IMG/VR virus record: IMGVR_UViG_3300022548_000001
DNA: 64,000 nt
From: an uncultured virus (IMG/VR IMGVR_UViG_3300022548_000001)
Lineage: Duplodnaviria > Heunggongvirae > Uroviricota > Caudoviricetes
Reading direction: 5' to 3' (one strand)
Every line of letters starts with the position of its first letter. Position 1 is the stretch's first letter. The notes under the pieces are model-generated. The model ran no database searches, had not been told where the DNA came from, and worked only from the letters and a program-made list of their open reading frames with translations. Of the stretch, positions 19,694 to 31,400 are shown in pieces. The position numbers were made by a program, and so were the translations under genes.

Positions 19694-22306
19694 ATGTCTT
19701 TTATTTGGAATCATGTAGAAACAAACAGGCCGCAAAGCGATTTAACAGTTGTTACCGCTCACAATTGTACATTTGAATCAGAATCGTCAACCAGCCTTCT
19801 TCCTTCCACATTTGACGCTGTTAATTTTCAAGAATCCAACTTTACTTATTATCTTTTTGGATTTTTAAATTTAGGATCAGGAAGCGCGGTATGGGCGGCG
19901 AATGATTATAATTATGGAATATCAGGAACTTTAAGGGCCGGGATAGGATTCTTTTATTTTTATGAGGCTTACCCTCCGTTCACTTCAGATTTTTCAATTG
20001 TTGGGGAAGAAAAATGTTTTGAAAGTGATTTTGAAAAGATCAACTTTTGGGACTATATAAGTACTTTTTGGAATTTTCTTGACGACTCTTCGCGTGATAT
20101 GGTTGAAAATCTATGGTTTGGCATGGTAATAGCCGGCGGGTCTTTAACCAAAAAAGGTCTGAGATTTTTGACGGCGATGAACCCGCAAGCGCCAAATATT
20201 TGCGTATTTGAGGATTACTTTGATTTACAAGTCAGTCCAATGCTTTCTCGCCCGGTTTATCTTGATCCTTCAGAAGAATCGCCAAAAACAATTATTAATC
20301 CTATCGGCACCGTTCTTATTGAGCCGGAATATGATGGGTTTACTCCGATATATCACGATCTAATAGAAATTACCGGAAATGATTATCAAAAAATTCGACA
20401 TCTTGGAAAACGTTTAAGCCCATCATCGCGCATAATTGGCGAATGTTACGTTGTCATTCAACCGAAAGACGCGTCTATTGAAAAGAAATATTTTCTTGTT
20501 ACAAATTTCCTTTCTTCAGAAGAAGCGTACGATAGGCCGGCGTCCGCTATTATAAAACAAGAAGGGAAGGGTTCTCTTAAGCTCATTGGCGTTGATACAA
20601 CCGACATATCTCAATATCGAGTAACAATACAGGACACGGGTTTGACAAGTATTACATGGACGTCGAACGCTTTATATATAACTGTTAACGGTTCAAGCCC
20701 GAACCAAATTCAAGATATTATAAACGCTCTTCCTGGAACGGGTATTCCATGGGCTCATATTATTGACATATCAGCTCCAAATTTAAAAGACGCCCCGTTA
20801 ATTAATAATGTCGATTTTGAGGATTTATATAATTATGTTAACGCCCAAACCGGCGTTGGACGTTATTACCCCGACTCAGGAAAGGTCTGGAAATGGTATG
20901 ACGGCTGGAATGATTCAAACGGAACGATTGGAAACCCTTCTCAAGGCGAATATACCGAAAGCAAATCAAAATTTAAATATATGATAGAGGTGTCTGGCGG
21001 GCTTGCATATCTTAAATCTGGAGCGTTTTCAATTTATTTGACTACAGGCAAGTCTTATGATATAGGAAAAGAAATTATTGATATTCCCTATTTGACGGCT
21101 GGAATAGAAAACGAAGAGATATATTTTAAAAAAGATATTGATTATATTTTTAATAAACAAGTTCTTGAATTTTTTGTCGATATATTTGCGGAAAAAGGCG
21201 TTAAAGATAATACGATTCTGTATTGTAAAAAAACTCCAATTATTGAACAGTACCTTTTTGAACAACACGGCGGCCTTGTTAATATTAACGACTGGACTCA
21301 ATATAATTATAAAAATATTTCAGGAAAGGCGGCGATTAATACTCTCTTAAGTGCCATGATGAATATCAGCTCGCTTAAGGAATATGAAAAAGCCCTTAAT
21401 ATTTATTATGGGCTTCCTGTGTCTCCTGCAAAATGCAGGGTTGTTGGATTATTTGAATCGTATGGATATAAAATTATTGAAATATCGTCTCACACGATTA
21501 CTGTAGAAATTAAACCAAGGGAAGAATTGCATCCATTCATTCAAAATAATTGCGTTATGATTAATGATGATGGAAAATCTTACATTGTCAGCGGGGTATT
21601 TTCAAATCGGTCCCTTGGAAAGTTTAATGTAGTCGATCCTGACGGATTGAAAATTGGAGACAGGTTATATGTTAAATTAAATAATAAATTTAAACTTGAA
21701 AATGTCGTACATACTGGACCATATATTGATGTTTGGATTCGTGAAGGGTATAAGCCTATTAAACATGTTATTGATACCGTTCATAATATGTATGGAACAT
21801 GGCCGGAGCTTTTAATTCATGGAACGGATAAATGTGGAACCAATTTCGACGGATTATATCATGCTGTTGATGCGTATCATCCGGAAGGAATGGCTGGTGG
21901 TATTGTAAGAATTAAAATTTATAAACCATCAGATGGCGAAGAGCCGATGTATAACGATTATATTGAATCCACAATAGAAGGGATTAACGCCGGATTCGCT
22001 CATATATGCTGGCCTACGCATAAATTTTTATATTTATATATAATAGAAGAAAAACGGCTTTATAGAGCTTATATGGACGCCCCAATAGATACTATATATG
22101 ACAGCGGCGACGCCCTTGAACAATATCAAATAATTTGTAGAAACGTATCTATTATGAATAATAATTTATTTAAAAATTGGTGGCAATATCGCAATTTTAG
22201 AAAGTCGCCGGGAATCAATTCATTATCTAATATTATTGAAATGGTTTTTGCCGATCCTTCCGGAGAATTTGGGCAATATTTTCCTTCCGGATTGTATCGT
22301 GATTAG
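19694..22306 (+). CDS. Large baseplate/tail structural protein
   Basis: 870 aa. The N-terminus is the end of a beta-helix-like domain (LRAGIGFFYF); FW.YI..FW..L and LNIYYGLP segments suggest a wedge-type subunit. Confidence 0.45.
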   Translation: MSFIWNHVETNRPQSDLTVVTAHNCTFESESSTSLLPSTFDAVNFQESNFTYYLFGFLNLGSGSAVWAANDYNYGISGTLRAGIGFFYFYEAYPPFTSDFSIVGEEKCFESDFEKINFWDYISTFWNFLDDSSRDMVENLWFGMVIAGGSLTKKGLRFLTAMNPQAPNICVFEDYFDLQVSPMLSRPVYLDPSEESPKTIINPIGTVLIEPEYDGFTPIYHDLIEITGNDYQKIRHLGKRLSPSSRIIGECYVVIQPKDASIEKKYFLVTNFLSSEEAYDRPASAIIKQEGKGSLKLIGVDTTDISQYRVTIQDTGLTSITWTSNALYITVNGSSPNQIQDIINALPGTGIPWAHIIDISAPNLKDAPLINNVDFEDLYNYVNAQTGVGRYYPDSGKVWKWYDGWNDSNGTIGNPSQGEYTESKSKFKYMIEVSGGLAYLKSGAFSIYLTTGKSYDIGKEIIDIPYLTAGIENEEIYFKKDIDYIFNKQVLEFFVDIFAEKGVKDNTILYCKKTPIIEQYLFEQHGGLVNINDWTQYNYKNISGKAAINTLLSAMMNISSLKEYEKALNIYYGLPVSPAKCRVVGLFESYGYKIIEISSHTITVEIKPREELHPFIQNNCVMINDDGKSYIVSGVFSNRSLGKFNVVDPDGLKIGDRLYVKLNNKFKLENVVHTGPYIDVWIREGYKPIKHVIDTVHNMYGTWPELLIHGTDKCGTNFDGLYHAVDAYHPEGMAGGIVRIKIYKPSDGEEPMYNDYIESTIEGINAGFAHICWPTHKFLYLYIIEEKRLYRAYMDAPIDTIYDSGDALEQYQIICRNVSIMNNNLFKNWWQYRNFRKSPGINSLSNIIEMVFADPSGEFGQYFPSGLYRD

Positions 22307-22367
22307 TTATATTATATAATGATACGGTATATGATTAACATTGTTGGCCCTCTTCTCGCGTAAAATT

Positions 22368-22760
22368 ATGAGAATTGATAACAATACAATAGGCGAAATG
22401 TTTGCCGTCCTGAGGAATAAAATAATATCCACAGGAAGCCCGCCTAAGATTATTCGTTTTTTTGACGCTGCAGATAATATTTTATGCGAAATTCCATTCC
22501 ATGACATTGTGGAAGACACTTTTGCTCCAGGAAATTTCTATTTTCAAGATCCTTATGGAAATAGGGTTATTCGAAATATTATAATACAAACAGGGACGGT
22601 TGCCAATTTTAAAATATATGACAGTTCTTTTAATTTTGTCATTTTAGGTACAGTCAGCGTTTTTAATGGCGGCGGCGACATCGTTTTTAATACTATTGAA
22701 TGGGAAAAAGATCAAGTCGCCATTATTTCATCTTTAAAAATAAATTTCTATTCGGAGTAA
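22368..22760 (+). CDS. Small virion structural protein
   Basis: 130 aa from ATG 22368; TGTVANFKI...GTV...GGGDI pattern. Confidence 0.5.
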   Translation: MRIDNNTIGEMFAVLRNKIISTGSPPKIIRFFDAADNILCEIPFHDIVEDTFAPGNFYFQDPYGNRVIRNIIIQTGTVANFKIYDSSFNFVILGTVSVFNGGGDIVFNTIEWEKDQVAIISSLKINFYSE

Positions 22761-22763
22761 CAT

Positions 22764-24815
22764 ATGAAAGCGTTAGTTAAAAAAGGAATTGCTGATTATT
22801 CAATTCTTGGTCATAAAATATCAAATGATTATAATAATCCAAGTAATTCTCTTGAACATATTCATTTTATATGGGCGACAAATGGAAAATTTGATATTGC
22901 AAACATGAGTCGAGTTTTAGTTGATAGATCGTCAATACCAGGAATGACAAATGGAGATATTATTTGTAAAAGATTGAATATAGGAAGTGGATATACATGG
23001 ATTTCCAATGGTATTTATTCACAAGGAGGATTGCAGGCATCAGGCCCAATATTTACTTCTGGAGATATTTATTCAGAGGTTGGAAGAATATATGTTAATC
23101 ATGGATATATTAGCGCTATTGGTTCAGGGCAGTATTCCACTGGAAGTCTAAATGGAGCTTCATTGAATTGTACTGGTCCTGCAAATATGAAACAAGTTTT
23201 AGTTGATAGGGTGCCGCCAATACCAGGAACAATTGATGGAGATATTATCTGTAGAAGATTAAATGTAGGAAATAGTACGCCGTGGATTTCCAATGGTATT
23301 TATTCACAGGGCGGGTTGGGAACGGATGGGTCAATAATTACTTCCAACGGATATATCAGCGCTATTGGCCCAGGACAGTATTCTACTGGAAGCCTAAATG
23401 GAGCTTCATTGAATTGTACTGGCCCTGCAAATATGAAACAAGTTTTAGTTGATAGATCGTCAATACCAGGAATGACAAATGGAGATATTATTTGTAAAAG
23501 ATTGAATATAGGAAGTGGATATACATGGATTTCCAATGGTATTTATTCACAAGGAGGATTGCAGGCATCAGGCCCAATATTTACTTCTGGAGATATTTAT
23601 TCAGAGGTTGGAAGAATATATGTTAATCATGGATATATTAGCGCTATTGGTTCAGGGCAGTATTCCATCGGGAGTCTAAACGGAGATTCATTGAATTGCA
23701 TTGGTTCTGCAAACATGGGTCGGGTTTTAGTTAACAGGTCGCCAATAGAAGAGATGACTAACGGAGATATTATTTGTAAAAGATTGAATGTGGGGAGCGG
23801 CTCGACATTGATTTCCAATGGTATTTATTCACAGGGCGGGTTGGGAACGGATGGGTCAATAATTACTTTCAACGGATATATCAGTGCTATTGGGCCAGGA
23901 AATTATCCTCCTGGAAGCTTGCACGGGTCTTTATTGAATTGTGCTGGCGATGCAAGTATGAAAAAAATTTCAGTTTATAGATCGCCAATACCAGGGCTGA
24001 CAGATGGAGATATTATTTGTAAAAGATTAAATGTTGGGAGCGGCTCGACATTGATTTCCAATGGTATTTATTCACAGGGCGGGTTGGGAACGGATGGGTC
24101 AATAATTACTTCCAACGGATATATCAGTGCTATTGGGCCAGGAAATTATCCTCCTGGAAGCTTAAATTGTTCCAGTATATATTGCACTCGCACCGCTGAA
24201 GTTGGATCTAATATGAATAATGATAATGATATTGCTTTAGATTGTGGAGCTAATTTTGTTTATAGTGACATATCACATGCTGTAGATAAGCCTAGGAATT
24301 TAAAGCAGGCAGCATTATATTATGAAACAAGCATACCATCTAATAATACTTCTAGTAATAATTTCAAAAGTATTGTAAAAAGAATTTTACCAGACAGATT
24401 TACTGGAAATGGAATGAAAATATATGAAATATTTATTGAATTATTTAATACTGATCCCATAACTGGTAGTCAGATTTATGAAATACCTTTAAACGATTTA
24501 AAAATTGATACGAATAATGCATACTCTATACATTGTGATTTACATGGAAAATCTTATGTTAATAACAGCACTATAGAAGTAATAGTAAGATTTCTAAGCC
24601 TTGTTTTAAATAGGGATTTTCCATCAAACCATATGTATGCATCAGAAGGCTCATGGACAGGAAATGAATTATTTTCTACTTTTGCAGGTTCAGGACTTAA
24701 TTTTGGAATAGTAAACAAAAAATTTGTTATTACTTCAACGCCGTCGCCGCCAAATCATATTAATAGTAATGGCAAATTAACTGTTCATGGGAAAATTGTA
24801 ATTCATTATTTCTAA
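22764..24815 (+). CDS. Tail-fibre-like protein with five 81-94 aa tandem repeats
   Basis: GDIICkRLN.G...ISNGIYSQGGL...GYISAIG.G.Y..GSL repeated five times, followed by a unique C-terminal domain. Confidence 0.65.
   Translation: MKALVKKGIADYSILGHKISNDYNNPSNSLEHIHFIWATNGKFDIANMSRVLVDRSSIPGMTNGDIICKRLNIGSGYTWISNGIYSQGGLQASGPIFTSGDIYSEVGRIYVNHGYISAIGSGQYSTGSLNGASLNCTGPANMKQVLVDRVPPIPGTIDGDIICRRLNVGNSTPWISNGIYSQGGLGTDGSIITSNGYISAIGPGQYSTGSLNGASLNCTGPANMKQVLVDRSSIPGMTNGDIICKRLNIGSGYTWISNGIYSQGGLQASGPIFTSGDIYSEVGRIYVNHGYISAIGSGQYSIGSLNGDSLNCIGSANMGRVLVNRSPIEEMTNGDIICKRLNVGSGSTLISNGIYSQGGLGTDGSIITFNGYISAIGPGNYPPGSLHGSLLNCAGDASMKKISVYRSPIPGLTDGDIICKRLNVGSGSTLISNGIYSQGGLGTDGSIITSNGYISAIGPGNYPPGSLNCSSIYCTRTAEVGSNMNNDNDIALDCGANFVYSDISHAVDKPRNLKQAALYYETSIPSNNTSSNNFKSIVKRILPDRFTGNGMKIYEIFIELFNTDPITGSQIYEIPLNDLKIDTNNAYSIHCDLHGKSYVNNSTIEVIVRFLSLVLNRDFPSNHMYASEGSWTGNELFSTFAGSGLNFGIVNKKFVITSTPSPPNHINSNGKLTVHGKIVIHYF
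22913..23667 (+). repeat. 227-bp exact direct repeat (22913-23139 and 23441-23667)
   Basis: Base-by-base identity, offset 528 bp. Confidence 0.9.
23763..24163 (+). repeat. 158-bp near-identical direct repeat (23763-23920 and 24006-24163)
   Basis: Three mismatches seen, offset 243 bp. Confidence 0.85.
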
Positions 24816-24828
24816 AAGGCTAAAAAAT

Positions 24829-25437
24829 ATGAAAGACCCCCAAATAATCAGCATATCAGGAGAAAATAAAGACGCCGTTCTTGCTATTTGGGACGATTAT
24901 GTCGTTGATAATAACCCTGACGATAGCCAGCGCCCAATGAGCAAAACAGTTTCAAATATCTCTATTTTTATAGATCTCTGGGACTTAACTGCAAATGCGG
25001 CGATTACACTGCATGTCGGCGGTCCTGATATGATTCTTGTTTTTGATCCAGGGTCAAAATTCTGGCGCATACCATGTTCAAAAGGAACGACGCTTGGAAA
25101 TGCTCTTACGGATCGTCATAAATATGTGGCTCGAATTTCTGACGCGGCAGGGCATAGTGAATATGGCGATCCGCTTGGCGCCGGTCATATGAGAGAGTTT
25201 TATCTTGAAGAATTTGCCGTTGATAATAATAGTTTCGAGCAAATGCTTGCCCGTCTTCCGTATGAGGTGAAAATCGGCGCTCCACAATCTTATATTATAT
25301 GGTATGATAGCGACGCAAATATTGGAAATCTTTCTCATGCTCTTTTTAAAGCCCCGGTATATGAGGGCGGTATAGGCACGACAAGCGCAACAGACGCTTC
25401 GAGGGTTACTCATCGAGGCGCTATTATACCATATTAA
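24829..25437 (+). CDS. Hypothetical structural protein
   Basis: 202-aa ORF within the structural operon. Confidence 0.55.
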   Translation: MKDPQIISISGENKDAVLAIWDDYVVDNNPDDSQRPMSKTVSNISIFIDLWDLTANAAITLHVGGPDMILVFDPGSKFWRIPCSKGTTLGNALTDRHKYVARISDAAGHSEYGDPLGAGHMREFYLEEFAVDNNSFEQMLARLPYEVKIGAPQSYIIWYDSDANIGNLSHALFKAPVYEGGIGTTSATDASRVTHRGAIIPY

Positions 25438-25449
25438 CGGCGGATTAAA

Positions 25450-28400
25450 ATGTTTTTAGGACAGATACACAGCCCTGCAAATCCAATGCAGGGTTCTGCG
25501 TTTTCAACGTATGGATTAAAACCTTCTGAAAATGAAGTCGTATTTTCAGTTGGCGATCAGTGCGGTGACGATTCATACATAACAAAGGATTCGTCCGGAA
25601 ACCTTCCGACGTTTACTATTGAATCTGGAATTTTAACGTTTTCTTATCCACAAACGCATTCATATATCGGGGTTGGCGATATTATATTTTGGTCTGGCGG
25701 GAGCGTATATATTTCAAAAAAGCTTTCTACGAGGCGATGGAGGGTTAAAAACGCCGACGGAAGCGCTCCTAATAATATTTCTACCGCGGTTGTGGTTCAG
25801 AAAATTGATAAGGCATATAATACTATTCTTAATGCGCTTTCAGATATTCCTGTTCGGATAGGCAATAAAAACCTCGTTTCTCGGTATATAAGCGTCGGAA
25901 TCGCATGTTATAAAAAAACTTCATATAATAGCGGCGAAATAAGTATTACCGGGTGGACTACATCGGCGACAAATTATATAAGAATATTTGCCCCTCGAAA
26001 TGTTTCAAATGAATGTAATAAAGCGCAAATTTTTACAATAACATCAAATGCCGCTTCAGCGCTTATTACTTGTTCCAATGATTATATAATTATAGACGCG
26101 CTTCGTCTTGAAGAGAGCGGGGCGTGTAATATTGGCATTGACGTCGCCGGCATTGGAATAATTTCAAATTGTCGTATTCATGGGTTTCAAACGCATGGCA
26201 TTCGCGTTACAGAATCGGTAGATAATGTAATTCTTTCTAAAAATATTTTGTATAATGGAAATTCAATAGGAATTGAGGCGTCAAATTCTTCCAAAGTTAT
26301 ACATAATACCGTTTATGGATATCCGACTGGATATAATTTTACCGGATCCGGAGCGAATTGTTTTAATTGTATAGCGGCGAATAATACGCCAACGCAAGGA
26401 TTTGTCAATATTCCTTCTATTTTTGATTATTGCGCCAGTGATGACGCGACCGCCGTCGGAACACATTCAGTTCCAAACGCCAATATAAAATTTATAGATC
26501 CGGCAAATGGGGATTTTAGACTTACTAACGCAAATAATGAAAATATTATACGAAACGGCTTAGATTTAAGATCTTATCAATTTTATAATGTAATCGTCGA
26601 TGAAAGTAATAATCTGATTGACAATACAGTCTCGATGGGCGCTATCCATTTTGTTCCAACAGTTCCATTCGCCATCGGAAATACCGCGATCGATTTAAAA
26701 ACCGGCTCTCCGAATTTTACTATTCATAATGGTATTATAGAATTCGATATTGCTCAAATAAACGAATTACTGTCGGCCGGATGCGTTGTAAACCCAGGAA
26801 TCAATAATATTATCCTTCTTGAGCGTATTGACAATACTCATTGGAGGACGACTCTTCATACAGGATTGGCGCCATCTAATCAGGGAACGACCGCGGTCAT
26901 TTCGATTAAATTCGCCGAAAATAATTTTAAGAATTTTTGTATTGCTCATAATGCCGATAATTTGCCGAATCTTGATATTAAAGTAAATGTTCTTATTGTA
27001 AATCCAACGAATTCCAACGGGTCGTCTCTTAATATTATAACTGATCAGACAAGAACGATTAATATATACGCTCCATATCTTGAATCTGATTGTAATTCTC
27101 GAAGACGGCATAGCGGCGTATGGAGCGCTCATATTCCACGGATTGAAAATATAGAGATTAATACTGATTATGCGTGTATTGCCGGATTACAAATAGGCGG
27201 AAATATTGAATTGTCCGGTATTTCATATAATAGTGACATTGGAACGGTTATTATTGAAGAGAATATAATCAAAGAATCGTTAAAAGGAATTTATCTTAAT
27301 CGTCTTGGAAAATCCAGAGTATTTAATAATGTTATTTATGATTGTGACGAATACGGAATCGCATTTATGGATTCCTCAGGGACGACCGACCCATTTGATT
27401 CTTTTTTAGCTAATAACACCGTCTATTGCTGCGGGGGCGGCATATCAATAGATTATATAAAGCCAATCAGGCTTCTTAATAATATTCTTATTAATAATCA
27501 ATACGATCTTTTATGCGACGCTCCAAAGGCGGATTGGATTACGACCGAATCAAACTGGACGTCGGATTCTTCAGCGTTAAAATTGGAAAGTTTTCATAAC
27601 AACGAGCCGTTTAAAACGGTTCTATTCGCAGGAAGGCGTAATTTTCATATTCCGCTTGCTCAACACTTATTAATGATAACGGGATACCAGGCATCTTCTG
27701 ATCATATATATCAACCGACGCTTGATATTGATTCGATAGCGAGGCCTGAAAATAAACGATGGGATCTTGGTGCGGATCAATATTCTCTTCCGGATAAAAA
27801 ATGCGCAATATTTTCAGTCGGTGCAAATGCTTTGGATTTGCAGAATACTCCAGGAATTTCCGTTCATATTGTTGATAGTATTGCGAAATTTGCGCAACCG
27901 CTTGATTCTTCGATAGGCATAGGCGACAAAGTGACATTACAGGATGCGTCAGTGTATTATTTGGCCGAAAAAGGAAATTCTGAAACATGGAGGGTCGTCG
28001 ATAATACCGGCAGTAACGTTTCGGATCATAGCGGAACTCTTGATACGATAAAAAGAGTCGCGAATACTCTTGCGGACGCCGTATCGCTGCCTCATGGAAA
28101 AGTCTCGGAAAATTTCGGCGGATCAGATCTTGTCGCCAAATCGGCTGATATAAAAATAGAATGTTATCAGGACGGGATCGCACACGACGACGCCCCAGTG
28201 TTTATTTCCGGGTGGACGACAAGTTCGTTATACAGAATGACAATCGAATCGCCGTATAATATTTCAACCCAATGCGGTAGAAGACAAAGACACGTCGGCG
28301 TGTGGAATAATAATTATTATCATCTTAATGTGCCTGACAACGCCTTAACTATTGATAATAATAATATTGATATTGATGGTTTACAAATTGACGCAAATGA

Positions 28401-31400
28401 ACATATCGGGTGTAATTTTATTTCTGCAAATAATTGCTCAATTAAGCGTTGTATTATAAAAAATGTAAGCATAGGCGTTGAGCAAAATTCGGCGACATTT
28501 GATATTTATGTTCAAGCAAATATTATTTATTATTCAACGATTATTGGCATTCATCTTTTAAGCGGATACGCAAATAATAATACGGTTATCGGAACGTCCG
28601 GTTATTCATATTCTACCGGATTGGCCTCCAGCGCCAATATGGTTAATAATATTGCAAACGGAACTGCAAATGGATATACTGGATCCGCCGTTCTTTATTC
28701 ATGTATTAGCCAGGATTCTTCCGCCGGAACAGCGAATGGATGTAAATCAAATGTCGATCTTGATTTTCTTGGCCCTACAGATTTTCATCTGGCAAGAGAC
28801 GATTTTGAAGCCCTCAATTATGGAATCAATAACGCTTATAATCCTGATTATGACATTGATTCCGAAGAAATAGTCGAATATAGTATCGGCGCCGATTGTA
28901 GAAATGACGAACCCATATCGGTTTATTTTTCACAAGGGCAAACCGCATCTTCATTTGCCCCGCCATCGACATTTGTCACCATTAAGGGTAATGTTGCGAC
29001 ATTCTCAAAAAATTTAAGTGATAAAAAAATAATGAAAGGCAACAAGCTTGTTTATAACGGAACGATGATCGCATATTTATTAGAAAAGCTTTCAGAAAAT
29101 TCATGGTTGGTTGTTGATAAAATAGGCGGCGTGCCAACAGCCGCATCGTCTGCACCTGTAAATTCAATCACGCATCCTTTTAATAATCTTAATAAAATTT
29201 TTGATATTAATGACGCAAAAAGTATCGCGCAATTCTATGGAAATTCTACAAATAAGTTTATAAGCCTTGCAAAAGCCCGTCTTCAAATTAATATAGTAGT
29301 CAGCGGGGAATCTTCTAATTTCACGGATTCTGTGACAATTGCTCATTATGAAACTAATCAATATGGATATTTTAGATTATACGCTCCATATCTGAAAACT
29401 GAATGTAATTTCCGGCAAAAGCATGCGGGAATTGACACGTACCCGTCAAATGACACTCATGCATGTATTCGATACGCCGGTTCATCAATTGGAAACGGAG
29501 TTGTTGATATAAACTGTGATTATACCGTAATTGACGGTCTTATTATTACAGGCACACCCGGGATTAGTTGTGTGTATGCACGAGCCGCGCATTGCAAAAT
29601 AATAAATAATATTATATATAACGGAAAGTATGGAATAATAAGTTTGCCAAATAATTTGCGTAATATAATAGTTAATAATATTGTTTTTAATATTATACAG
29701 TCAGGCATTCTTTCGTCAAATTATGATTTTATTTATAATAACACGGTATATGGCGCGAAGATCTGCATAAACATGCCGTCGTTTAATTCCATATGTAGAA
29801 ATAATATTGCACAATCGGCGAGCGAAAATTGTTTTGAGGTCGCCGGTGGAATCCCGGCCGCCAACGCAGATTATTGCATCGCAAGTGACAATACGCTTCC
29901 TAATAATGGAACAAATCTTCTTAATCAAATTGTTCATTTTATTAATCCTTCCGGTCGGAATTTTAATCTTAAAAAAACTGATCCGCGAGGAACAGGCATA
30001 AATCTCGGCGGGGATTTGCATTATTCATTTCTTACGGACGCAATAGAAAACGTCCGAGGTAGATTTTGGGACTGCGGAGCTCTTGAATATCAACCGGAAA
30101 ATGTGGCGTATTTTTCAGTCGGGACAGAGTCTGAATACCAAAATAACTCAGGAAATTTAAAAATTAACATTGACTCCAATTCGATTGGCACTTTTAGCGA
30201 GCCACAAATAAATAATAAAATAGCCTCAGGAGACGCCGTTGTTGGATTAAATGGAGTAGTTATCTGTTATCTTGCGGAAAAAATAAATACGAAACAATGG
30301 AAAGTAAAAGGCGCCAACGGAAAAAATATCGCCTCATCCTATAATACCAGTGTTGTTAAAATTAGGCGTGCGTTTACAACGCTGAGCTCTTTAGTTTCTC
30401 AAATAGATACGCCGTCATATCTCGGGTCAAAAAATTTGGTAACTACCGAGGTTCAATTAAATATAGTCATATCAAATGACGCATGGAGCACGCAGGAAGA
30501 AGGCGGGGTTTTTTCCGGATATACAACAGATAACGATTATTGTATTAAATTGTTCTCTCCATATGATACAACAAAGCATTGCAATGAAAGTATGCGCCAT
30601 AAAGGCACATATAAGTCGGGTGCTCGTATTATATCAAAAAGTTCTTATGTTATTAAATTTAATAATGTTGATTTTGCGGAGATTTCCGGGATTGTGATGG
30701 AAAGCACCGGCGTTTTGGGGCAAGCGGTCATTCTTAATAATTCATTTAATTTTTTAGTTGAGGCGAATATTATTCGAAATTGTGCCGGCGGCGCCATCAT
30801 TCATTCAGGTGTTGGTGCCTCAAAGAAAATTAATAATATTGTTAACAATATTCTTTATAATTGTTATTTAAAAGGCATTGATATTGACGGCGGCAATGAT
30901 AATCAAACATGGGTCATGAACAATACTGTCGTAAAATGCGGAAACGGGATTCATCATATTAAAGGCAGTACTGGGGGCTCAAAACTGTATGCGTATAATA
31001 ATATTTGTCAAGAAAGCTTTTTTAAAGATTTTTCCGAAGATAACCCGTCAAATAGTGGAAAATTTATTCTTTATTATAATATTTCTAGCGATACTAGTCT
31101 CAATAATTTTAACAATAATATTAATAAAACAACATTAACGTTCGTGGACAAGAACGATGAAAATTTCTTTCTTGACGGGTCTCTTGACTTTGTCGCTATT
31201 GATTCCGCGCTTAACATGGGTGGTATTTCTCCATATTATTTCAATACGGACGCCAGAAATGTCGAACGTGATAATCAGCTTTGGGATAGAGGGGCGATTG
31301 AAAGAAATGATATTATGGGTCATGGCGACATGAGGCTTGGCCCGTTAATTATGAAAAATCAAAATGGTATTATAAGCAATATATTTCCAACAATCGTCTT

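Noticed and set aside
16272..22306. Stop-codon reassignment as the cause of the fragmented tail genes
   Set aside because: The junctions use TGA, TAA and TAG, most change frame, and all three stops end ordinary genes elsewhere. Very long ORFs are intact in the standard code.
22913..24163. Diversity-generating retroelement TR/VR pair or CRISPR array
   Set aside because: The repeats are in-frame coding units, the differences are not adenine-specific, there is no spacer pattern, and no reverse transcriptase or cas gene is in the window.
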